A stretch of DNA of 64,000 nt from an uncultured Chitinophagaceae bacterium (lineage in GTDB: Bacteria; Bacteroidota; Bacteroidia; Chitinophagales; CAIOSU01), in the NCBI GenBank assembly GCA_964352775.1, contig CAYGTK010000001.1, forward strand, positions 14,240 to 78,239, written 5' to 3'. Under the pieces are notes generated by a model. The model did not search any database. It was not told the origin of the DNA and saw nothing but the letters and a program-made list of their open reading frames with translations. The position numbers were made by a program, and so were the translations under genes. This document shows positions 1 to 10,446 of the stretch, piece by piece (position 1 is the stretch's first letter; each line of letters starts with the position of its first letter).

Positions 1-1
1 A

Positions 2-676
2 GAATACAGTCTACGCTTTTTGCCTGCTCGCATTTTGGGAACGATAATAGATTATTATAAGTCTATTGAGTTCAATAAAAAAAGCGAGCATAGCGAACAT
101 AACATTACCAGTTTCACGGACCTTATTAAGCAACTGGAGAACTGGCATACGGATAAGAAGAACCAAGAGGTTACTCACCAGAAGCTATTAGATACCGTAA
201 CCAAGTTCTTAGATGGGAAAGACATCAATAATGGAGTTTTCTCCCTAAAAGAGGACAACTTAACCGATGAGATATTCCGCAAGTTGGTGGAATTCGTAGA
301 GTTCAAAAACGAGCAAGGTGGTTTAGAGGATAAGGCAACTGCACAGGATATTGATGTGGAGTACATTAACTACTTGATCTCTTACAAAGAGAAGTTGGTG
401 CTTTATTTGAACGATACCTGTAAGAAGGTTGGCCACGAGAAGTTCCTTCATCATTATATGGATGCTTTGTTGAAACTCCACACCATGCTATTGGGTACCG
501 CTCAAGATGCGAAGATGGAGGAAAAGATAAAGGGCTTTATGGATACCGTGCTATCTCATAGCCGTAAAGAGACCATTATTATCGAGATATTGAGTCACGA
601 CCCATTATTTGCACTCACCATTTTGCGGGAGTTCTCTCTAGATAGCATTGCGCACCAGATAAAGCATAGCTACTAG
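2..676 (+). CDS. hypothetical protein, C-terminal fragment (gene begins upstream of window)
   Basis: The frame of ORF 20..676 has no stop back to base 2, so it is cut by the window edge. No motif recognised. Confidence 0.45.
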   Translation, partial: EYSLRFLPARILGTIIDYYKSIEFNKKSEHSEHNITSFTDLIKQLENWHTDKKNQEVTHQKLLDTVTKFLDGKDINNGVFSLKEDNLTDEIFRKLVEFVEFKNEQGGLEDKATAQDIDVEYINYLISYKEKLVLYLNDTCKKVGHEKFLHHYMDALLKLHTMLLGTAQDAKMEEKIKGFMDTVLSHSRKETIIIEILSHDPLFALTILREFSLDSIAHQIKHSY

Positions 677-693
677 GTCCCTTTGCGATCTTG

Positions 694-701
694 TATCTTT
701 G
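694..701 (+). promoter_or_regulatory. Bacteroidota -7 promoter box TAnnTTTG (TATCTTTG) for hflX
   Basis: Exact consensus match 7 nt upstream of ATG 709. Confidence 0.45.
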
Positions 702-708
702 CTATTGT

Positions 709-1908
709 ATGAGTAAAAACAAGAATTTACATATTGTTAGTGAAGAGCATGGACCTGAAAAGGCAGTCTTAGTAGGATTGATAACCCAAGAGCAACCGGA
801 GGAGTTGTTAATGGAGTACTTGGACGAGTTAGCCTTTTTGGCTGAAACGGCAGGTGCAAAGACGGTAAAGCAGTTTTATCAGAAGGTGGATCATCCTGAT
901 ACTCGATTTTATGTACGGAAGGGTAAGTTGGAAGAAATAACCTCTTACGTTAAGGCTAAGGATATTGACTTGGTGATATTTGATGACGAGATAAGTCCAT
1001 CACAGCAGCGGAACTTGGAGAAGGAGTTGAAGGTGAAAGTAGTAGATAGATCGATGCTGATACTGGATATTTTTGCCGACCGTGCTAAAACTGTTCAGGC
1101 GAAGACGCAGGTGGAGTTAGCGCAAATGCAATACTTATTACCTCGAATTCGTGGTATGTGGACTCACCTTGATCGTCAGAAGGGTGGTATTGGTATGCGC
1201 GGTGCTGGTGAAAAAGAGATAGAGACCGATAAGCGGGTGATTAATGATAAGATATCGAATCTTAAAAAGGATCTTGAAAAGATAGATAAGCAGAACCAAA
1301 CGCAGCGCAAATCACGGGGCCAGATGATACGTGTAGCCTTGGTAGGATATACCAATGTGGGTAAGAGTACTATTATGAACCTACTTAGTAAGTCGGAGGT
1401 GTTTGCGGAGAACAAGTTGTTTGCTACACTTGATACTACAGTTAGAAAAGTGGTTATCGATCAAATACCTTTCCTCCTGTCAGATACAGTAGGGTTCATC
1501 CGGAAATTACCTCATCACTTGGTAGAGAGCTTTAAAAGTACCTTGGATGAGGTTCGTGAGTCGGATATCCTATTACATGTAGTTGACCTTGGGCACCCTC
1601 AGCACGAAGACCATATTAATGTGGTGAACGAGACCTTAGCTGACCTTGGTGCTGATAATAAGCCCACCCTAATGATATTCAACAAGCTTGACCTTTACGA
1701 GAAGCGAGCTTTTGATGAATTATTAGAAGAAGAGGTAAGAACTGAGCTCCTTAATCAGTTAAAAACATCTTGGCTAAAAAAGACGGATGGGAATGCTGTA
1801 TTCATGTCGGCCTTGCAGAAAGAAGGGGTGGATGCTTTCCGTAGCCGGATAATTGAAGAGATAAAAGACTTGTACTACCAGCGTTATCCCTACGAAGCAC
1901 GTTATTGA
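709..1908 (+). CDS. hflX: GTPase HflX
   Basis: HflX N-terminal domain plus G-domain motifs GYTNVGKST (G1), DTVGF (G3) and NKLD (G4). ATG 709 is preferred over the TTG at 691. Confidence 0.9.
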   Translation: MSKNKNLHIVSEEHGPEKAVLVGLITQEQPEELLMEYLDELAFLAETAGAKTVKQFYQKVDHPDTRFYVRKGKLEEITSYVKAKDIDLVIFDDEISPSQQRNLEKELKVKVVDRSMLILDIFADRAKTVQAKTQVELAQMQYLLPRIRGMWTHLDRQKGGIGMRGAGEKEIETDKRVINDKISNLKKDLEKIDKQNQTQRKSRGQMIRVALVGYTNVGKSTIMNLLSKSEVFAENKLFATLDTTVRKVVIDQIPFLLSDTVGFIRKLPHHLVESFKSTLDEVRESDILLHVVDLGHPQHEDHINVVNETLADLGADNKPTLMIFNKLDLYEKRAFDELLEEEVRTELLNQLKTSWLKKTDGNAVFMSALQKEGVDAFRSRIIEEIKDLYYQRYPYEARY

Positions 1909-1996
1909 TAATTTTTTTCTGTTCTAGTGTAACCTCTTCCTGATGCTTGCGTAAAAGAGGGTGATAAATACCTTATCACGACGTAAAAATCAGGAA

Positions 1997-2932
1997 ATGT
2001 TCAAATTCACAAGTTTTTCAGCCATCCTACTAAGCGCCATGGCTTTGTTCATGAGCAACATGTCTACAACACCGATGGAACTGGAGGGCAATTCTTTAGG
2101 AGCCCCCGAGTTTGATTTCCGCTATCAAGGCGAGATCGAAACTGGTGTTCAAGCAATGCCCTTAATAGGACAATTGTCGAAAGATGGCGATGCCATGTAT
2201 TACACTTCACAAACAAGTAGAGGTAAAATGCTTCTATATCGTATGGAGCGCGAAGCCAATGGCGAATTTTCTGAGCCTGAACGCTTAGAAGGATTGATCG
2301 AAAGCGACATCACCGATGTGTTAATGCCGACTTTAACAGCGGATGAAAAAACCATCGTGTTCGTTCACAGTCCAAAAGGATTCCAGAAAGGAAGTGACCT
2401 ATATATAGCAGAATCTGCTGGAAGAGATGGAGCATACAAAAATGTTCGTCCTTTAGATGAGATCAACAACCCTGATCTAGCGGAATTCTACCCTTGGATA
2501 TCTGCTGACGGTTTGAGTATCTATTATTCTCGCCAAGAAGGAAAAGACATTAAGATATACGCTAGTACACGTACTGGCAAGAACAAACGTTTTAGTGAGC
2601 CAACTAAAGTTGACATCAACATACCTAAAGTTGAGAACAACATGAGTGCTTGGTTATCTAACAACGAATTGGAAATGTTCGTGCTGTCAGGTAATAACAT
2701 CTACTATTCAACTCGTACTTCTAAGTCAGATGATTTCTCTTCTCCTATAGAGATAGCTAAAGCTAACAGCGATGGATTCTTGAGCGGAGTAACTATCACG
2801 CAAGATCAAGAAGAGATGTATGTATACAACTCACTAGGGTTCAGAAATACACAACTTATCCGTTTTAAAAATGCTGCAGAGCGTAACGTGATACAACAAG
2901 ATATAGATAAGGTTAAGATAGACCTTAAGTAA
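1997..2932 (+). CDS. secreted protein with TolB-like (PD40) beta-propeller repeats
   Basis: N-terminal signal peptide from M13 of ORF 1961..2932. Repeated segments such as ISADGLSIYYSRQEG and LTADEKTIVFV resemble PD40 repeats. Confidence 0.5.
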   Translation: MFKFTSFSAILLSAMALFMSNMSTTPMELEGNSLGAPEFDFRYQGEIETGVQAMPLIGQLSKDGDAMYYTSQTSRGKMLLYRMEREANGEFSEPERLEGLIESDITDVLMPTLTADEKTIVFVHSPKGFQKGSDLYIAESAGRDGAYKNVRPLDEINNPDLAEFYPWISADGLSIYYSRQEGKDIKIYASTRTGKNKRFSEPTKVDINIPKVENNMSAWLSNNELEMFVLSGNNIYYSTRTSKSDDFSSPIEIAKANSDGFLSGVTITQDQEEMYVYNSLGFRNTQLIRFKNAAERNVIQQDIDKVKIDLK

Positions 2933-2957
2933 GAAGTTTTTTGGTTTAGTTATGGGT

Positions 2958-2996
2958 GAAGCCGCCTCCTCCCCGGAGAGCGGCTTCTTTTATTTT
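2958..2996 (+). terminator. rho-independent terminator
   Basis: Stem GAAGCCGC (2958-2965) pairs with GCGGCTTC (2980-2987), followed by TTTTATTTT. Confidence 0.7.
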
Positions 2997-3075
2997 ACTG
3001 GCACTGTTTTTGTTAAATTATGTTTGAGTAATACCTCAACGGAACATAGTCCGTTACAGAACTAAACTTAAGGCC

Positions 3076-3429
3076 ATGAACATACTTTCTTCTTTCAAAC
3101 GACTTACCACAAACGTTCCGCTAGTGTCTACTTTGTGGACTTTCAGAAAAGACTTCCCTCAATTCCTTCGAATGATGAAGGCCTATTTTACAGGAGGTTA
3201 CCGCGCAATTCCGTGGAAAACTTTTGCGAAAATGGGATTTGGTGCACTATATCTTGTTTTCTTTATCGACTTCATTCCAGACTTTATTCCTATCATTGGT
3301 TTTATAGATGATGCTGCTGTATTACTATGGGTATGGAGTTCCATTAAGAAAGATCTGGTAAACTATGATATTTGGGAGAAAACAAAGGAAAACAGCAACT
3401 CGGAAAGAGCAGCAATTGCTCAGAGGTGA
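3076..3429 (+). CDS. DUF1232 / YkvA family membrane protein
   Basis: Hydrophobic core with DFIPDFIPIIGFIDDAAVLLW, typical of the DUF1232 family. Confidence 0.7.
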   Translation: MNILSSFKRLTTNVPLVSTLWTFRKDFPQFLRMMKAYFTGGYRAIPWKTFAKMGFGALYLVFFIDFIPDFIPIIGFIDDAAVLLWVWSSIKKDLVNYDIWEKTKENSNSERAAIAQR

Positions 3430-4132
3430 TAGTTATTTCATACCAATAACTATACACTACGAGCGGCGAACTAATAGCCGAGTCTCTTTCGGTAAAAAAG
3501 GATTGAACATTCGTGTATCCGACCTCGTTTCGGAAAGCCAACAACAGCAGCAAATTGCAGCGTTCAAACGATGGGCAGTATCTGCCATTGCTAGCAAACC
3601 ACAGTTAGCTACTCAATATCAGGTTAAGGAATATACTACAGGAGATGAGTACACCATACAAGGTGAACAATTCACATTACAGCTTCATAGAAAGAACGTA
3701 AAAACAGTACGTGCAGCCATAAAGGGTGATAAGGTCGTTGCCAACATTCCTAATGACTTTGCTACTGAACAGTTAGCTAAGGAACTACCAAGTGCTTTAA
3801 GTAGAGCTGCTGCTAAGCATACCCACAACAATGTTTTTGACAGGATGATGGCCATTAATGACCGATACTTTCAAAAACCTGTTCAAGAGCTGAAGCTAAA
3901 GTACACGCATAGTGTTTGGGGAAGCTGTTCCAGTAAAGGGAATATCAATTTGAGCACAAGGCTTTTATTAGCACCACAGTCGGTAATGGACTATGTAATA
4001 GTACACGAACTAGCACATTTAATAGAGCGAAACCACTCTGCTAAATTCTGGAATATTGTAAAAGGTGTAATGCCAAACTACAAGGAAAAAGAAGCCTGGT
4101 TAAAGCAGTATGGCCACTTGTGTAAGTTTTAA
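3365..4132 (+). CDS. YgjP-like (DUF45) zinc metallopeptidase family protein
   Basis: C-terminal HELAHLIERNHSAKFW (HExxH) and the overall DUF45 layout. The start is uncertain: ATG 3365 overlaps the upstream gene by 65 nt, and TTG 3416 is an alternative. Confidence 0.75.
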   Translation: MIFGRKQRKTATRKEQQLLRGDSYFIPITIHYERRTNSRVSFGKKGLNIRVSDLVSESQQQQQIAAFKRWAVSAIASKPQLATQYQVKEYTTGDEYTIQGEQFTLQLHRKNVKTVRAAIKGDKVVANIPNDFATEQLAKELPSALSRAAAKHTHNNVFDRMMAINDRYFQKPVQELKLKYTHSVWGSCSSKGNINLSTRLLLAPQSVMDYVIVHELAHLIERNHSAKFWNIVKGVMPNYKEKEAWLKQYGHLCKF

Positions 4133-5061
4133 GGAACGATAACCTTTAGCGATGCAGGAACTACCCTTACTACAACTGGGGTTTGCCCTAACAGTTCCCC
4201 CTCTACTTCAACATAAATAGGTGTGTCAGAGTCGATCACTATCTTCTTTGCCTTGATAATATTTACTTTTTCTAGCTTATCAATGGTGCCTGAATAGAGT
4301 TTACCTATATTAAAAATGAGCCCCCATTTGGTAAAGTTTCGGAATAGGGCTGTGTCTAGCAATCCGTCGCTCGGGTCTGCCTTAGGACCGAATAACATAC
4401 CACCACCAGAATATTTACAATTGGCTATGTTGATGCTGTACATAGAGTCTGTAATGGTGTTATTATCATCAAACGTAACCGTAACTTGAGTAGGCTCATA
4501 GCCACTAAGTGAAGTGAGTAGTGCTTTTAGGTAAGTCCACTTTCCTGAAGACGCTTTTCCTTGATTAGCGACCTCAACCACAGAGGCATCAAAGCCCAAG
4601 CCAGCAATGTTTACAAAGAATCTGTTCTGAACCCCTTCAGGGTAGGTAGATAGAACTTCACCTGCATCTATTAAGCGGGTGTTGCCTTTGGATATTAATG
4701 ATACAGCTGCCCTTTTATCGGTAGGTATCTTAAGCGTTTTAACAGTATCGTTACCCGTACCAATTGGTATTATTGCTAGGGTAACTTCACTAGAGGGCAC
4801 AGTTGTTTGCGAGAGGATGCCATTCACCATTTCGTTAACAGTACCATCACCACCTATCCCAATAATGTGTCGTGCGCCGCCCTCGATCGCTGCTTTAGCT
4901 AGCTCTATACCGTTTTTTTGGTGTTTGGTACTGTGTGCGGCATACTTTATACCTGCTTTATCTAGTTCCGTAAGTACAAGTTTACATTCTGCTGCACCCT
5001 TTGCGCCTCCAGAAACAGGGTTCATTATAGCAACCCACTCAATAGTATTATTTATAGACAT
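4129..5061 (-). CDS. diacylglycerol/lipid kinase family protein (YegS/BmrU type)
   Basis: DAGK catalytic-domain motif GGDGTVNEMVNG and a PIGTGND segment. Confidence 0.85.
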   Translation of the reverse strand: MSINNTIEWVAIMNPVSGGAKGAAECKLVLTELDKAGIKYAAHSTKHQKNGIELAKAAIEGGARHIIGIGGDGTVNEMVNGILSQTTVPSSEVTLAIIPIGTGNDTVKTLKIPTDKRAAVSLISKGNTRLIDAGEVLSTYPEGVQNRFFVNIAGLGFDASVVEVANQGKASSGKWTYLKALLTSLSGYEPTQVTVTFDDNNTITDSMYSINIANCKYSGGGMLFGPKADPSDGLLDTALFRNFTKWGLIFNIGKLYSGTIDKLEKVNIIKAKKIVIDSDTPIYVEVEGELLGQTPVVVRVVPASLKVIVP

Positions 5062-5110
5062 CGGGGCTAAAATAGGCGATCTTGTTTAAGTGGGAATGCA
5101 TTTGATGCAA

Positions 5111-5884
5111 CTAAGCACCTGGCAATATGGCATCAAATGCACCTAACAGCTTAAGAGCCATTACCACTATCATAGCTAACAGTAGTCGGCGTATCCATAC
5201 ATCGCCGCCTGCAACGCTGAAATGGCTGCCAGCCCAACCACCAATGGATTGACCAATGGCAAGGCTAATACCGTATTTCCAATCTACTAGGCCTTCCATA
5301 ACAAAAATACCTAAGGCAGAAATAGTATAGATAAAGGCCACCATTACTTTGATGCTGTTACTCTTTACCAAGTTCATGCGATTCACGATTGTAAGGCATG
5401 CTATTATCAAAAAACCCGTTCCTGCTTGAATAAAGCCACCGTAAATACCAATAAAAAAGAAGATAACGATACTGATAATTCGGTACTTACCTTCGGTGCG
5501 CTCCGTCAGTTTCTCTAGATTTTTTAATGGATTGAAAACAATGGTAGCGCCAACTAACAGCATAACAATGGCGAGTATCCTATCAAATAACTCTCCCTTA
5601 ATGTCCACGGCTATTTTTGAGCCGATGATGGCTCCAAATAGCGCAGCAATGCCTAGTACCAATCCAAATTGCCAATTGAAATAGCCCTTTTGTTTAAAAC
5701 CGCTTATAGCTGCCAAGTTTTGTGAAAAGATGGCAACACGGTTAGTAGCATTGGCCACATTACCTTCAAAACCAAGAAAAAGGAAAACGGGAAGGGTAAG
5801 TAACGACCCACCCCCAGCAACGGTATTAATAAATCCCGCTACTAGGCCACAAACGGCTAAAATTGCTGCTTTATCTAACTCCAT
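5111..5884 (-). CDS. TauE/SafE family sulfite/anion exporter
   Basis: Polytopic membrane protein of about 8 TM helices with TauE-like Gly-rich helices (GGGSLLTLP). Confidence 0.75.
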   Translation of the reverse strand: MELDKAAILAVCGLVAGFINTVAGGGSLLTLPVFLFLGFEGNVANATNRVAIFSQNLAAISGFKQKGYFNWQFGLVLGIAALFGAIIGSKIAVDIKGELFDRILAIVMLLVGATIVFNPLKNLEKLTERTEGKYRIISIVIFFFIGIYGGFIQAGTGFLIIACLTIVNRMNLVKSNSIKVMVAFIYTISALGIFVMEGLVDWKYGISLAIGQSIGGWAGSHFSVAGGDVWIRRLLLAMIVVMALKLLGAFDAILPGA

Positions 5885-5893
5885 AGGGATGCT

Positions 5894-5901
5894 TATCTTT
5901 G
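5894..5901 (+). promoter_or_regulatory. -7 promoter box TATCTTTG
   Basis: Exact TAnnTTTG match 43 nt upstream of ATG 5945, in a divergent intergenic region. Confidence 0.4.
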
Positions 5902-5909
5902 CACGGCGT

Positions 5910-5917
5910 CAAAAATA
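5910..5917 (-). promoter_or_regulatory. -7 promoter box (TATTTTTG on minus strand)
   Basis: CAAAAATA on the plus strand, 25 nt upstream of minus-strand ATG 5884. Confidence 0.4.
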
Positions 5918-5944
5918 ATATAAAGCGGCGCTGAAAAGGAAACG

Positions 5945-6634
5945 ATGAGCAACCTAGCCAACAAACGAGTAGCAATTGTATTAGGGTCAAGTGGCCTTAT
6001 TGGAGGCAATTTGGTGAATCTGCTTTTACAAGATGAGAGCTATGGGAAGGTGCGTATACTTGTTCGCAGAAAGACCAACATGATGCATCCTAAGCTAGAA
6101 GAGCAGTTGGTGAATTTTGATGCTCTATCAGCTTACGACGACCTTTTCGAGGGTGATGATGTGTTCTGTTGCCTAGGCACTACCATAAAAAAAGCTGGTA
6201 GCCCAAAGAAATTTAGAAAGGTAGACTACGATTATCCCCTAGAGGCTGCAAAACTGGCTATAGAAAAAGAGGTGAAGAACTACCTACTTATTACTTCTAT
6301 GGGAGCGGACTCAAAAGCTTTTGTCCTATATAGTCGGGTAAAAGGAGAATTAGAGGAAGCGATCAAAGAACTAGAATTTCACGGCACTCACATTTTTCAA
6401 CCATCACTACTGTTAGGCGATAGAAGCGAAACGCGATTTGGTGAAGGTATTGGGCAGAAGGTAATGGAAGTGGTGAATCCCTTAATGTTCGGGCCACTTG
6501 AGAAGTATAAGGCCATAGATGCCAAAGATGTAGCCTATGCAATGGCAGACGTAGCTAAAAACGACCCCAAAGGTGTATTCATTTACCAAAGTGATGTGAT
6601 CCAAACTATGGCCGATAAAGCAAAGCAGGAATGA
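5945..6634 (+). CDS. NAD(P)H-binding oxidoreductase (HTATIP2/NmrA-like)
   Basis: N-terminal Rossmann motif VLGSSGLIGGNL and an atypical-SDR size. Confidence 0.65.
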   Translation: MSNLANKRVAIVLGSSGLIGGNLVNLLLQDESYGKVRILVRRKTNMMHPKLEEQLVNFDALSAYDDLFEGDDVFCCLGTTIKKAGSPKKFRKVDYDYPLEAAKLAIEKEVKNYLLITSMGADSKAFVLYSRVKGELEEAIKELEFHGTHIFQPSLLLGDRSETRFGEGIGQKVMEVVNPLMFGPLEKYKAIDAKDVAYAMADVAKNDPKGVFIYQSDVIQTMADKAKQE

Positions 6635-7362
6635 ATTTAGCTTTAGATGTAGGGAACACGTATACTAAACTGGCCATTTTTGATGGGGATGAACTGGTAT
6701 ACAGCGAGGCACACGAGTTGATGTCTATCGAACGACTGCGAGAAATAATAAGTGAGTACCCTATCAAACGGGCCATATTCTCCTCCGTTTCGAAATCGTA
6801 TTACAACTTTGAGCGTCTATTAGATGAGAGTTATTACTTCCTAAAGCTTAGTCATAACACTCCAACGCCAGTAGTTAACAAATATGCTACTCCTAAAACT
6901 TTGGGTAAAGACCGCATAGCTGGTGCAGTAGGGGCACATGCACTCTACCCTAATGATAATGTATTAGTAATAGACGCTGGAACCTGCGTTACTTATGATC
7001 TTACAACGAAAAATGGCGAATACTTAGGGGGTAATATTTCCCCTGGCTTAACCATTAGGTTGAAAGCATTGAATAATTACACGGAGCGACTTCCCTTATT
7101 AGAGAAACAAAAAATAGACTACCTAATAGGGAATAGTACAAATACATCAATACTGAGTGGAGTTATAATGGGCCTAGCTGCTGAACTGGACGGCATGATA
7201 AATGCTTACGCTGAAAAATATCCTGAGCTTAAAGTCGTTATCACGGGCGGAGACGCTAAATTCTTTGAAAGCTATATGAAAAACTCCATCTTTGCCGTCC
7301 CAAATTTAGTGTTGGTCGGACTAAATAAGATCATAGAATATAATGCACAGCCCAATGCCTAG
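6631..7362 (+). CDS. coaX: type III pantothenate kinase
   Basis: N-terminal LALDVGNTYTKLAIF and an ASKHA fold with GKDR and IDAGT motifs. Confidence 0.9.
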   Translation: MNLALDVGNTYTKLAIFDGDELVYSEAHELMSIERLREIISEYPIKRAIFSSVSKSYYNFERLLDESYYFLKLSHNTPTPVVNKYATPKTLGKDRIAGAVGAHALYPNDNVLVIDAGTCVTYDLTTKNGEYLGGNISPGLTIRLKALNNYTERLPLLEKQKIDYLIGNSTNTSILSGVIMGLAAELDGMINAYAEKYPELKVVITGGDAKFFESYMKNSIFAVPNLVLVGLNKIIEYNAQPNA

Positions 7363-8731
7363 GCTAATTTTACTAATCCTTCTTATACTAGGTTCTTTGG
7401 CCTCCTACTCGCAAGACCTTTCCTATTATTCACGCTTTGGTTTTGGAGATGCCCAAACAGGAGTGTTCGCTAACAATGCTGCTTTAGGCGGAATAGCTGG
7501 TGGTTACCAAGATGTGTTTCATATAAACATGGTTAATCCTGCATCATACGCTAAAGCTTCTTATACCATACTAAGTACAGGGTTGGCTGTTGGAAACAGA
7601 CGCTTAGTAAGTAACAATACCGAGCTAAGTGCTGGAGATGCATCCTTAGATTATATGGCTATTCAGTTCCCTATATACAAAACCAAGGTCTATAACGATG
7701 ACCTTGAACTGATAAAGGAAACCCCTAAACTAGGATTAAGCATTGGCCTATTGCCATATTTTCAAAGTAACTACCGACAAGATGTGTCGCTAACTTTAGA
7801 TGACAGTACTAGCTTTAGTAAGCTATATGACCGCAGTGGGCGCTTATACCGAGTGTACCTTGGGCTAGGTGGTGAGGTATTTTCTAACAAGAATAATTCT
7901 CTTCGCTTTGGTGCAAACTTCAACTACATATTTGGTGAGATATCGCAAGGAGAGGTAGTTAATTTCTCAGAGGACATCAGTTCATTTAACACACGTACAC
8001 GAAGTTTTTTCAGAGTAAGTGATGCTGCATATGACATAGGTGTTCAGTTTCGCAGAGACATAGGTAATTCCACAATAGATAAAAACGGAGCAAGAAAGCG
8101 TGACTTGTACCTTATTGCTGGGGCATATGCACATTTACCATTCAACATAAAGGCTAGTATAACTACGGTAACAGATAGATTCCGACTAATAAATGGTTCA
8201 GTTAGTAATGTGGATACCTTTAGCAATACTGCTCAAGAGGGTTTACAAGTGCGCTTTCCAAGTACTTATGGTGGGGGTGTAACGCTTACTAAAGAAAACT
8301 ACTTGAAAGACCAACACTGGTTGGTTGGGTTCGACGTTGCTTATACCACTTGGGCAAATACAGACCAACCGCTAGGTAACTCTACTACGTTGAACAATAG
8401 CCTAAGAGCTAGTGTTGGGGTAGAATTCACACCAAATACAAGTCCATTTGCTGGGTTCTTCAAACGAACGACATATCGCTTTGGGGGATACTACGATAAT
8501 GGACATTTAGAGGTGTTTGGGAATAGGATAAGAGAGTTTGGCACGAGTTTTGGCCTATCCTTCATGGTTATTGATCGACAGTATAAAATACCGGTAACCA
8601 AAATAAACCTGAGTTTACAGGTAGGACAGACCGGAACAACTGCTAGCGATCTTTACCAAGAAACATTTTTCAAGGTTAATTTAGGCCTTGATCTTTATGG
8701 AAACTGGTTCGTTAAACGAAAATATAATTAA
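7355..8731 (+). CDS. predicted outer-membrane beta-barrel protein (uncharacterised)
   Basis: Signal peptide, alternating beta-strand pattern and a C-terminal aromatic residue. Start may be 7343 or 7355. Confidence 0.5.
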   Translation: MPRLILLILLILGSLASYSQDLSYYSRFGFGDAQTGVFANNAALGGIAGGYQDVFHINMVNPASYAKASYTILSTGLAVGNRRLVSNNTELSAGDASLDYMAIQFPIYKTKVYNDDLELIKETPKLGLSIGLLPYFQSNYRQDVSLTLDDSTSFSKLYDRSGRLYRVYLGLGGEVFSNKNNSLRFGANFNYIFGEISQGEVVNFSEDISSFNTRTRSFFRVSDAAYDIGVQFRRDIGNSTIDKNGARKRDLYLIAGAYAHLPFNIKASITTVTDRFRLINGSVSNVDTFSNTAQEGLQVRFPSTYGGGVTLTKENYLKDQHWLVGFDVAYTTWANTDQPLGNSTTLNNSLRASVGVEFTPNTSPFAGFFKRTTYRFGGYYDNGHLEVFGNRIREFGTSFGLSFMVIDRQYKIPVTKINLSLQVGQTGTTASDLYQETFFKVNLGLDLYGNWFVKRKYN

Positions 8732-8732
8732 C

Positions 8733-10385
8733 ATGAGAACTTCTACCTACTTAACCAACACGATAATAGCGGTAGTTCTTTCTATGATATCGCTTCCTGT
8801 AATTGCACAAGACACGCAAGTTGAACCCTGTTCAAAAACAGGTCCTGACGAAAGAAAAACAATGCAAGAGTATTCGTTATTCAACGAATTCTACAAGCAA
8901 GACAATATAAAAGACTCTTATAAGCACTGGTTATACGTGTATAACAATGCACCAGGGTTTAGAGAAACTACTCACACCCGTGGGGTATCTATGTTCCAAG
9001 ATAAGTTAGACGCTCTTAAAAAGGCGGAAAAGGGTGACACCCCTTTGTACAAGACTACTTTGGACACGCTCCGCGAGATCTATAACAAGCGTATAGATTG
9101 TTTTGGTGATGATGATGGCGCTATAGCTGGACGATTGGGATACGACCTTTACAAGTACCAGCCAAAAGAAATAAAGGACAACTTAAAGATGCTTAAGCAG
9201 TCTGTAGAAAAAGGCGGGAAGTTCACCGACTATTTTGTTATCCAATCCTACATTATCACCATTGAGAAGGCGGTAAAAAAGGAAATGATAACAGAGGAAG
9301 AATTATTGGAGGAGTACTTCAGAGTATCTGACGTTATGACTGCCAATATGGAAGGTGTAAGGTACGAGGCGGGCGCAAAAGTGGAGTACAAAGCCACCTC
9401 AAGCACAGATGGTTTTGTAGTCACTTACATGAATAGTAAAGGGAAAAAAGAGCAAAAAATCGTTGAGGGTAAAGAATGGACTATTTCTCTTGTCGGAAAA
9501 AAGGATGAGGGTGTTTATATTTCTGCTAAAGCTAGTGGTAATGCCTCGCCCATAAAGGTATCCGTATTTTATGCGGGTAAACTTATCGATAAAGCATCGA
9601 GCTCTGGAGACCAAGCTGTGGCTACCGCCTCAGGAGTTGTTGTAACAGAAAAGCGTGCCGGTAAGTACGAAAGTGTTAAGGAGTTTATTGATAACAGAAT
9701 GCTAGCTTTTGTAAGCTGTGATGTGGTTATACCAAGACTAAAAGAAGAGTATAAAACCAAACAGAACGATCAAGATTTTTGGAGAAAAGGGTTTGCTCAG
9801 CTTAGCCAACTCCGATGCTTTGATGAGCCATTAACTATTGAGCTAGCCGAGAAATTGGCTTCCATTGACCCTAACGAAGATATTTATCGTGTAATTGGCA
9901 GATACTACCAGAAGAACAAAGACTACACTAAGGCCATTGATGCATATCAAAAAGTGTTAGAGTTTGCTGATGATGATAACGAGCGTGGTGAATACTTGAT
10001 GGACATTGCAGCAATGTACCGTACAAAAGGCGACTACCCTTCAGCAAGAAAATATGCACAACAAGCTGCCGCAAAAAAAGGTGGCTGGGGCGAACCTTAC
10101 CTATTGATAGGTGATCTGTACCGTGGAAGTGGTAAGAAATGTGGTTCAGGTACTGGCTGGGATAGCCAAATTGTTACCTGGGCAGCAGTTGATATGTACG
10201 AAAAAGCAAAGGCCGTTGACGGATCTGCAAGTAGTAAAGCCAACAAGAAAATAGCCGATACTAAAAAGTATATGCCAACGCAGGGAGATTGTTTCTTCCG
10301 TAACTTGAAAGAAGGCGATAGTTATCCAGTTGGATGCTGGATAGGTGTAACGACTACCGTACGCTACGGTCCGGACCCAGAGTAA
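8733..10385 (+). CDS. TPR repeat-containing secreted protein
   Basis: Signal peptide from ATG 8733, directly after the upstream stop. C-terminal TPR-like helices (YYQKNKDYTKAIDAYQKVLE, YRTKGDYPSARKYAQQA). Confidence 0.6.
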   Translation: MRTSTYLTNTIIAVVLSMISLPVIAQDTQVEPCSKTGPDERKTMQEYSLFNEFYKQDNIKDSYKHWLYVYNNAPGFRETTHTRGVSMFQDKLDALKKAEKGDTPLYKTTLDTLREIYNKRIDCFGDDDGAIAGRLGYDLYKYQPKEIKDNLKMLKQSVEKGGKFTDYFVIQSYIITIEKAVKKEMITEEELLEEYFRVSDVMTANMEGVRYEAGAKVEYKATSSTDGFVVTYMNSKGKKEQKIVEGKEWTISLVGKKDEGVYISAKASGNASPIKVSVFYAGKLIDKASSSGDQAVATASGVVVTEKRAGKYESVKEFIDNRMLAFVSCDVVIPRLKEEYKTKQNDQDFWRKGFAQLSQLRCFDEPLTIELAEKLASIDPNEDIYRVIGRYYQKNKDYTKAIDAYQKVLEFADDDNERGEYLMDIAAMYRTKGDYPSARKYAQQAAAKKGGWGEPYLLIGDLYRGSGKKCGSGTGWDSQIVTWAAVDMYEKAKAVDGSASSKANKKIADTKKYMPTQGDCFFRNLKEGDSYPVGCWIGVTTTVRYGPDPE

Positions 10386-10410
10386 TGAATAAATAGACAA
10401 ACAATAAGAA

Positions 10411-10446
10411 GCCTGTTGCACTAGTTTTGCAACAGGCCTTTTTTAT
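10411..10446 (+). terminator. rho-independent terminator
   Basis: Stem GCCTGTTGCA (10411-10420) pairs with TGCAACAGGC (10428-10437), followed by CTTTTTT. Confidence 0.65.
10422..10429 (+). promoter_or_regulatory. -7 promoter box TAGTTTTG embedded in the terminator hairpin
   Basis: Exact TAnnTTTG match 15 nt upstream of lptC ATG 10445. Confidence 0.35.

Noticed and set aside
4679-5089. 136-aa plus-strand ORF.
   Set aside because: It lies almost entirely antisense within the lipid kinase gene, which has clear catalytic motifs. This ORF has no motif or promoter of its own.
8688-8732. TTG-initiated 15-codon extension of the TPR protein ORF.
   Set aside because: It overlaps the end of the upstream OMP gene. 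ATG 8733 follows the upstream stop directly and begins a normal signal peptide.
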